Below are positions 57,954 to 64,000 of a stretch of 64,000 bases of DNA, piece after piece; position 1 is the stretch's first letter; each line of letters begins with the position of its first letter. The stretch comes from Hyphomicrobiales bacterium (lineage in GTDB: Bacteria > Pseudomonadota > Alphaproteobacteria > Rhizobiales > JAJFHC01), in NCBI GenBank assembly GCA_965227875.1, contig OZ245783.1, positions 5,089,929 through 5,153,928 of the forward strand. Reading direction: 5' to 3'. The notes under the pieces were generated by a model, which saw only the letters and a program-made list of their open reading frames with translations, had not been told where the DNA came from and searched no databases. Made by a program: the position numbers and the translations under genes.

Positions 57954-58598
57954 TTGCACGACGTGAGCACCGGTCCCCTCCAGAACGAGCGCGACAGACG
58001 CGATTTTGTCCGGTCTCCAACGGAACTGCCCGGACGCTACATGCTGCCGGACCAACAGGAATTTGCCTGCAAGGCAATCGACGTTTCGGTTGGCGGAATG
58101 TCGCTTCAGTGTCCCCGTTCCGGTGAAATTGGAGACCGTGTGATTGCCTACATCGCGGAACTGGGTCGGGTCGAAGGGACGATAACGCGCCTTCGCGACG
58201 ACGGGTTCGCCATGGAATTCACCGTCACCGCCTTCAAGCGGGAAAAGATCCGTCGGACGCTCGAATGGCTCGACAAGCAGAACGAGCCGGACGCACCCGT
58301 CCAGCGCCGTCACACGCGTATCGTCCCCGAACGTACGACATCGGAGTTCGAACTGCCGGACGGCCGGTCCTACCCGTGCGAGGTCATCGACATGTCGATC
58401 GGCGGCGCATCCGTGCGCGTCTGCGTCATGCCGAGCGTCGGAACGCCCGTCAAGCTCGGACGCATGGAAGGCGTCGTGGCCCGCCACCACGACGAAGGCC
58501 TGGCGATCCAGTTCACAAACGTGCCTGATCTCGGCACCATCGCCGACCACTTCGGCAGCGGTTCGGCCGAAATGATAACGCGCTCCCGCGCGGAATAG
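57954..58598 (+). CDS. Tandem PilZ-domain protein
   Basis: Both c-di-GMP motifs occur twice: RDFVR + DVSVGG, and RRHTR + DMSIGG. The track start is TTG; GTG 57963 is an alternative. Confidence 0.85.
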   Translation: MHDVSTGPLQNERDRRDFVRSPTELPGRYMLPDQQEFACKAIDVSVGGMSLQCPRSGEIGDRVIAYIAELGRVEGTITRLRDDGFAMEFTVTAFKREKIRRTLEWLDKQNEPDAPVQRRHTRIVPERTTSEFELPDGRSYPCEVIDMSIGGASVRVCVMPSVGTPVKLGRMEGVVARHHDEGLAIQFTNVPDLGTIADHFGSGSAEMITRSRAE

Positions 58599-58865
58599 TC
58601 ACCGCACCCGCGCCCGGCGGCGTCCTGCCCCGGACCGCAACAATCCGATTCCATACGCAAAGCGCCTCCCCGAAGCCTCGCGACAGGGAAGGCCTGTCGA
58701 TTTTTTGTCAGGTTTTTCCCGCTTTTTATCCGGCCGGTTTCAATGGCCATTGCCCGCCCGACACTGCGGACCTGATGGCCGTCGCGACAAAAGCCGACGG
58801 GGCCTTCAGCGTTTAACCAATTGAAATATCAAAGGATTCTTTCAGGCATCGCCACCCGCACCCCA

Positions 58866-59013
58866 ATGCATAGAATTTGACTAAAATTTTATTCAATTTT
58901 TATTCAAGTATTACATAAATAAACTCAAAATACTGATTAAATATTCGATCTGAAATTTGCCTGATCTAAAAAACTATATTGCACAGTGTTCCCATCTTGA
59001 GGAGCGGGAACAC
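58866..59013 (+). promoter_or_regulatory. ~22% GC promoter/control region with tandem TTTTATTCAA and a hairpin framing the SD
   Basis: Hand counts give 13/60 GC at 58861-58920 and 14/60 at 58921-58980. TTTTATTCAA occurs at 58887 and 58898. The hairpin GTGTTCCC (58986-58993) / GGGAACAC (59006-59013) carries GAGGAG in its loop. Confidence 0.45.
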
Positions 59014-59018
59014 GAACG

Positions 59019-59666
59019 ATGCACTATCTTCGCCACATCAGCCTGGCACTTGGAACGGCCCTTGCCGTCCTGGCAGGCCCCGTCCAGGCGACGGAATCCG
59101 GGGACGGCGACGCAGGCACATACGTAAAGCCATTCATGAAGGTCGTCGGCAAGACCCTGCCTCCGATCGGATATGTCCAGTTCTGCGAGGCCAATCCGTC
59201 GGAATGCCGGTTCGGAAGGACGAAGGCCGTCCGCGTCCGGATGTCGGACTCCCGCTGGAACGAACTCGTCAAGGTCAACGATTTCGTCAACGGCCGGATC
59301 TCCCCGGTCACCGATCAGGACCTCTACAACACGCCGGAACTGTGGACCTATCCTGACAAGAGCGGCGACTGCGAGGATTACGTGCTGCTGAAGCGCCGTC
59401 ACCTCATCGATCTCGGCTGGCCGCCGCAGACGCTTCTGATCACCGTGGTTCGCGACATCGACAATGGCGGGCACGCCGTCCTGACGGTGGTCACCGACCT
59501 TGGCGACTTCATACTCGACAACCAGAATCCGGACGTCCTTCCGTGGATGTCCACCCGATACACCTATCACAAGCGTCAGTCCCAGAATGGCCCCAACAAC
59601 TGGGTATCGCTGCAGGACTCCGCGTCGCGGACCAGCCGGTTCGTGACCGGGGATCTCGAGAGGTAG
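59019..59666 (+). CDS. Bacterial transglutaminase-like cysteine peptidase (BTLCP, LapG-type fold)
   Basis: It has a signal peptide and a triad context of GDCEDYVLLKR (Cys), GGHAVLTVV (His) and FILDNQ (Asp). Confidence 0.9.
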   Translation: MHYLRHISLALGTALAVLAGPVQATESGDGDAGTYVKPFMKVVGKTLPPIGYVQFCEANPSECRFGRTKAVRVRMSDSRWNELVKVNDFVNGRISPVTDQDLYNTPELWTYPDKSGDCEDYVLLKRRHLIDLGWPPQTLLITVVRDIDNGGHAVLTVVTDLGDFILDNQNPDVLPWMSTRYTYHKRQSQNGPNNWVSLQDSASRTSRFVTGDLER

Positions 59667-59737
59667 GAACGAATTTTGAGGTATTGCTGTCCGGTCTAGT
59701 CCCCCCTCCCCATCCCCAGAGATCGGACGCAATTAGA

Positions 59738-59779
59738 GAACCGGCCCCGTCTTCCCCTCGGGGCCGGTTCCACTTTTTT
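59738..59779 (+). terminator. Rho-independent terminator
   Basis: GAACCGGCCCCG-9 nt-CGGGGCCGGTTC forms a perfect 12-bp stem, followed by cacTTTTTT. Confidence 0.75.
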
Positions 59780-59796
59780 CCCGCGGCAATACCCGC

Positions 59797-60327
59797 CTAG
59801 CCGACCGGCCGGCAGCCTTGCGCGTACTTTTTCAGCTTTTCGATATAGACGCGGGCCGCAGCCTCGTTGGCCTCGAGGTTCTCGGCGGTGACCTCGCGCA
59901 CGACACGTCCCGGAATGCCTATCACGAGGGAATTGTCCGGTATGGTCTTCCCTTCGGCAATCAGCGCTTTCGCACCGATGATGCAGTTTCGCCCCACGAT
60001 GGCGCCGTTGAGGACGGTGGCGCCCATACCAACAAGCGAATTGTCCCCGATTGTGCAGCCGTGGAGCATCGCCTGGTGGCCGATCGTGCAGCGCCTGCCG
60101 ATGGTCAGTGGAAATCCCGGGTCGGTGTGAAACACACAACCGTCCTGGACATTGCTGCCTTCACCGACGCGGATCCCGTCATTGTCGCCCCGCAAGGTGG
60201 CGCCGAACCATACGGTGGTGTCGAGATCCAGCTCCACGCGCCCGATGACCGCCGCGGTCGGCGCGACCCAGCAGCGCTCTTCGTCCGCGATCTCGGGCCG
60301 GATGCCGTCAAACTCGAACAGGCTCAT
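59797..60327 (-). CDS. Gamma-carbonic-anhydrase-like / hexapeptide-repeat (LbH) protein
   Basis: Sequence [30 protein letters not shown]...CVFHTD. Confidence 0.85.
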   Translation of the reverse strand: MSLFEFDGIRPEIADEERCWVAPTAAVIGRVELDLDTTVWFGATLRGDNDGIRVGEGSNVQDGCVFHTDPGFPLTIGRRCTIGHQAMLHGCTIGDNSLVGMGATVLNGAIVGRNCIIGAKALIAEGKTIPDNSLVIGIPGRVVREVTAENLEANEAAARVYIEKLKKYAQGCRPVG

Positions 60328-60370
60328 CGGACATGCTCCGTTTCTGGTCGGCAGTGCACCCTGCCGCCGG

Positions 60371-60862
60371 TCATATCAGGACATATGCGTTGAGGAGGCA
60401 GACGCCTGAAAGGAAGCTCCACGTCGCTGAAATCGCCGTGCTGAGCGCCAGCCAGTGGCCCGGCCGGCGTTCAAGAAGTCTTCCCCTTATTGCGTTGCGC
60501 ATGATGACCGCCGGTCCTGCGACAACCAGCGCCAAGACACCCAGAAGCACCTGAAGCCGGGAAAGGCCGAAGAGTTCGAAACTCATCGGCCGGTTCGTCA
60601 TCAACTGATAGAGACTTCCCGCCAGGCCCGCGGCGACAAACCCGGTCGCCATTGCAAACAAATAAACCACGATCCCACTCACCCGAAAATACGCTACTTG
60701 ACAGATGCCCCTGAAGGGCGGAACGGCCTTGTTCACCGGTTTCCGTGCCGCAATCACACCGGCTCGGCACAATTGAGCAAATGCCGTACCAGACGGAACT
60801 GTGAGAAACTGGAACACCCCACGCCGCTCGGCAAACGATAACACTATTTTAACCATTGTCAC
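60371..60862 (-). CDS. Hypothetical membrane protein
   Basis: It has 3-4 hydrophobic helices in the C-terminal 100 aa. The start is uncertain (GTG 60862 or ATG 60856, or later). Confidence 0.5.
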   Translation of the reverse strand: MTMVKIVLSFAERRGVFQFLTVPSGTAFAQLCRAGVIAARKPVNKAVPPFRGICQVAYFRVSGIVVYLFAMATGFVAAGLAGSLYQLMTNRPMSFELFGLSRLQVLLGVLALVVAGPAVIMRNAIRGRLLERRPGHWLALSTAISATWSFLSGVCLLNAYVLI

Positions 60863-61029
60863 CGGCCAAAATCGCGGCGTGCGTCATGTTTTTGGCTGAA
60901 ATCTGCAGATTCCTGTGCCAATTCGGGACAAGCGCGCGCGACCGGCGGCACGCTGTCGCGCGCTCCCGGTAGCTCGTCTTTCAAATTTGGTAAATGCAGT
61001 CGGCGCCCGGCCGCGAGGCACCCGCAGGC

Positions 61030-61245
61030 TCAGACCTCGGGGAGATCGAAATCCAGGATGGCCATCTGGAAATTGTAGGACAGGTCGTCGTCCTCGTCGT
61101 CGCGGAAGAGGATGCCAATGAACTCGTCCCCGATATAGACTTCCGCGGAATCGTCCTTTTGCGGCCGCTGACGCACCTCGATCGTGTCGAGGCGGAACGT
61201 GGTCCGCAGATAGGCTTCAAGTCTCAGTATTTCCTGGCGCTCCAC
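61030..61245 (-). CDS. DUF3126 family protein
   Basis: 71 aa: LEAYLRTTFRLDTIEVRQRPQKDDSAEVYIGDEFIG. It sits just downstream of cysE on the same strand. Confidence 0.8.
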   Translation of the reverse strand: MERQEILRLEAYLRTTFRLDTIEVRQRPQKDDSAEVYIGDEFIGILFRDDEDDDLSYNFQMAILDFDLPEV

Positions 61246-61350
61246 GGTGCCGCTCCACTCTGCTCGTCAACGGGACCCGACTTGTAGCGTCGCAGGCTGC
61301 AAACCGCAATCGCTTGGCGACAATTCCACAGCCAATTCCCGGATTGCCCT

Positions 61351-62193
61351 TCAGACGGTCTCCCCTGCGCCGTCGAAGGGCACCATCTGGTCCATCTTGC
61401 GCGCCGGTTCCTCGCATCCCGCAAAGCCGACGACGCGGGCGGGAACCCCGGCCACGGTGCGATTCGGCGGCACGTCCTGGAGCACGACGCTTCCCGACGC
61501 GACCCGCGAGCAGGCCCCGATCTCGATGTTTCCGAGGATCTTCGCCCCCGCCCCGATCAGCACGCCGCGACGGATTTTCGGATGGCGGTCGCCGGTCTCC
61601 TTGCCGGTGCCGCCGAGTGTCACCTCGTGCAGCATGGAGACATCGTCCTCGACGACGGCGGTCGCGCCGATGACGATGCCCGTCGCGTGGTCGACCATGA
61701 TGCCGCGGCCGATCTTGGCCGCCGGGTTGATGTCCGCCTGGAAGACCTGCGAGGCCCTGCTCTGCAGGTAGAGCGCGAAATCCTTGCGCCCCATGTTCCA
61801 CAGCGCATGGGTCATCCTGTACGCCTGGATGGCATGGAAGCCCTTGAAATAGAGGAAAGGTTCCACGTAGCGGTCGCAGGCCGGGTCGCGATCCTGGGTT
61901 GCCACGACGTCCGCGCGCGCCGCGCAGCCGATATCCTCGTCGAACTCGAGCGCATCCTCGAAGGCCTGGCGCACGAGGTCGGAATGCAGGTCCGGATGGT
62001 CGAGCCTTTGCGCCAGCCTGTGGCACAACGCGTCCTCGAACCGGTTGTGATTGAGAATCGACGCGAAAATGAAACCCGCCATCGAGGGTTCCCGTGCGGC
62101 GATATGCTCTGCGTCGGACCTGATGCGGGCCCAAACGGGGTCGAGCGTGTTGAGCGAGCGTTCCGGCTCGGAGTGCGTTTGCTGAGATGACAT
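61351..62193 (-). CDS. cysE: Serine O-acetyltransferase
   Basis: SATase N-terminal helices are followed by hexapeptide repeats (DIHPAAKIGRGIMVDHATGIVIG-like: DINPAAKIGRGIMVDHATGIVIGATA). Confidence 0.9.
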   Translation of the reverse strand: MSSQQTHSEPERSLNTLDPVWARIRSDAEHIAAREPSMAGFIFASILNHNRFEDALCHRLAQRLDHPDLHSDLVRQAFEDALEFDEDIGCAARADVVATQDRDPACDRYVEPFLYFKGFHAIQAYRMTHALWNMGRKDFALYLQSRASQVFQADINPAAKIGRGIMVDHATGIVIGATAVVEDDVSMLHEVTLGGTGKETGDRHPKIRRGVLIGAGAKILGNIEIGACSRVASGSVVLQDVPPNRTVAGVPARVVGFAGCEEPARKMDQMVPFDGAGETV

Positions 62194-62308
62194 CCGTCTC
62201 TCCCGATCGCGTTGTCCCTGTGGTCAGGGCACTGGTTCGGGCGACCCTACGCACACCGGCGGGCCGGGTCAAACCATCGAATTGATATTGGTATGGAGAA
62301 CGTTGAGG

Positions 62309-63211
62309 TCAATCCTCGCGCAAGGTCTCGATGAACTCCGTAAGGGCGTCCGCGAACGCGTCGTTCCTGTCGCCGGCGACCATGTGCCCGGCTTCGGATA
62401 CATCCGCGAAACGGGCGTGAGGCACGAGTTCCATGAACTCGTTGACATGCTGTTCGGTCACGAGTTCGCTGCGCTTGCCCCGCACCAGCAGGACGGGAAC
62501 CCTGAGACGCTTCGCGGCGGCGACCCGCCGGTCCCCGCTCATCTCGTGTTCGCCGTGCAGGCGCAACCTGTGTTCCAGGAACCGCGGATCCCAGTGCCAG
62601 CGGTAGCGGCCGTCGTCGCCGAGGCGCAGGTTCTTGTTGAGACCGCTCAGGTCACGCGGCCGTTTCCTGTGCGGCAGGTAGGACGCGATGGCGTCGGCCG
62701 CCTCTTCCAGCGAACCGAAGCCCCGTTCCACGTGCGACGCCATGAAACCAAGTATGCGCTCGACGCCGCTTTGCTCCACGGTCGGCGTGATGTCGACCAG
62801 GACGAGCGCATCGAGAACCCCGGTCTCGCTCTCGCCCTCCGCGAGCAGCCCCGCAATGCCTCCGAGCGACGCGCCCACCGCCACCGGCTTGCGTCCGTAA
62901 AGCGACGTGACCTCTTCGGCGACCCGGCTCAGATCGTCCGCAAAGGCGCCGAACGCATAGTCGCCGTTTCCGGGCCATTCGCTTTCGCCATGGCCGCGCT
63001 GGTCGTACGAAATCGCGGTCCATCCGAGAGCGGCCAGACGCTTTGCCGTGCCGAACCACGCATGCCGGGTCTGGCCGCCGCCATGGGCGAGCAGGACCGG
63101 CGCACCACCGCCGTCACCGGCCGCTTCGAAGACCTCCGCGACAAGAGCGTTCCCGTCAACGCCGGCAAACGTGTGCTGCCGAGGCGCGAACCCGTCTGCA
63201 TCGTCAGCCAT
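62309..63211 (-). CDS. Alpha/beta hydrolase
   Basis: ATG 63211. It has an HGGGQ oxyanion region, the nucleophile elbow GASLGG and a C-terminal His. The track ORF extends spuriously to 63505. Confidence 0.85.
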   Translation of the reverse strand: MADDADGFAPRQHTFAGVDGNALVAEVFEAAGDGGGAPVLLAHGGGQTRHAWFGTAKRLAALGWTAISYDQRGHGESEWPGNGDYAFGAFADDLSRVAEEVTSLYGRKPVAVGASLGGIAGLLAEGESETGVLDALVLVDITPTVEQSGVERILGFMASHVERGFGSLEEAADAIASYLPHRKRPRDLSGLNKNLRLGDDGRYRWHWDPRFLEHRLRLHGEHEMSGDRRVAAAKRLRVPVLLVRGKRSELVTEQHVNEFMELVPHARFADVSEAGHMVAGDRNDAFADALTEFIETLRED

Positions 63212-63986
63212 GTGCGCCGCCCCCGGTGCCGCCGGAGGCCACGCGCTCCAGAAAGTCCTGCACGCCGTTCTTGTAGGCCCGGTCCCCGACCGCCCGCATA
63301 TGATCGCGTCCGGGTATGGCGAGCGCTTCGCCCCTGGGGATGACGTCGGCGAGCGGCTCGGGCGGACCGGCGATATCGTCGCTCGTCCCCACGGCGACGA
63401 GCACCGGATGGGCAAGACCGGAGAGCGCTTCGGCGGTGATCTTCTGCCGCGACGAGCGCATGCACGCCGCCAGCGCCCTAAGGTCGCTCGATGTCGATTC
63501 GGCAAAGATGCGGAAGGCCCGGGGCATGTCTTCTGTCACGTCCTCGAGGCTTGGGGCCTCCAGGGCCCTGGCGATCGGTTCCGCACCGCCCACGCCCTTG
63601 ATCATGTTTTCGCCGAGCCCGGCGAAGACCGCGGCACGCACCCGCGCGCCGTGATTGAGGCAGAGAAACGCCGAAATCCGCGCACCCATCGAGTATCCCA
63701 TCACGTCGCAGACACCGATATCGAGGTGGTCCAACAGCCGTGCGGCGTCATCCGCCATGACGGGTGAGCCGTAGTCCGCCGGGTCGTAGAGCTTGGCGCT
63801 TTCACCGTGACCGCGGTTGTCGACCGAAATGACCGTATGCCCGGTTCTCTTGAGGTGGCTGACCCATCCGGTATCAACCCAGTTCACCCGGCGGTTGGAG
63901 GCAAAACCGTGGATCAGCAGGATCGGCGGCCCCTCCCCCTCGACATCGTAGGAGATCTCTATGCCGTCTGAATCGAATGAAGGCAC
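63204..63986 (-). CDS. Alpha/beta hydrolase
   Basis: GTG start with GAGAGGGGG upstream. Motifs HGFASN and GYSMGA. An 8-nt overlap joins it to the downstream hydrolase gene. Confidence 0.85.
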   Translation of the reverse strand: MPSFDSDGIEISYDVEGEGPPILLIHGFASNRRVNWVDTGWVSHLKRTGHTVISVDNRGHGESAKLYDPADYGSPVMADDAARLLDHLDIGVCDVMGYSMGARISAFLCLNHGARVRAAVFAGLGENMIKGVGGAEPIARALEAPSLEDVTEDMPRAFRIFAESTSSDLRALAACMRSSRQKITAEALSGLAHPVLVAVGTSDDIAGPPEPLADVIPRGEALAIPGRDHMRAVGDRAYKNGVQDFLERVASGGTGGGAHG

Positions 63987-64000
63987 GTCCGCCCCCTCTC

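Noticed and set aside
60934-60963. 9-bp GC inverted repeat GCGCGCGAC-12 nt-GTCGCGCGC between the membrane ORF and the DUF3126 gene.
   Set aside because: It could be a terminator for the DUF3126/cysE transcript, but no U-run follows on either strand. It is too generic to call.
61217-62272. 351-aa minus-strand ORF overlapping cysE in another frame.
   Set aside because: It is an Arg/Gly/Pro-rich out-of-frame shadow. The cysE frame (61351..62193) has the SAT N-terminal and hexapeptide motifs.

Overview
This is a 64-kb high-GC chromosomal segment. My hand counts on single 60-nt lines give about 68% GC in core genes. Alphaproteobacterial hallmarks are present: DUF2336, DUF3126, DUF1457/PAS_5, BTLCP, GDYXXLXY and TTAA-N7-TTAA boxes.

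The left ~11 kb is a lower-GC accessory region (47-52% in hsdS, 37% at 7441-7500) that ends beside tRNA-Thr(UGU). It carries a minus-strand operon, 160-aa ORF-hsdR-hsdM-hsdS-mrr, of which mrr runs off the left edge and was translated by hand. It also carries five poorly characterised ORFs, including an OGG-fold-like candidate. No integrase or transposase is visible.

The rest looks like core genome:
- An MttB-family methyltransferase, dimethylglycine dehydrogenase and XRE/cupin regulator operon with a triple-repeat operator.
- A tightly coupled 7-gene CoA-dependent aromatic acid operon of the 2-aminobenzoyl-/salicylyl-CoA type.
- An otsB-GH15-otsA-glk trehalose operon.
- A GS-like, Fe-ADH and maiA group.
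- nadK.
- Several signalling modules: response regulator-Hpt-DUF2336, a DksA-like protein with SLT and a receiver, and PAS_5-tandem PilZ-BTLCP.
- thrS, yidD, an IscU-like gene, folE, hisI and cysE.

No CRISPR array, rRNA or IS element was seen. Many long ORFs in the track are antisense shadows typical of high-GC DNA.

The most interesting leads are the unannotated island cargo next to the type I R-M/Mrr locus, the PAS_5-PilZ-BTLCP module with its ~22% GC control region, a corrinoid-partner-less MttB-DMGDH operon, and a rod-like hairpin overlapping the folE Shine-Dalgarno (a THF-II riboswitch candidate). All functional calls rest on motif recognition by eye; no searches were run.
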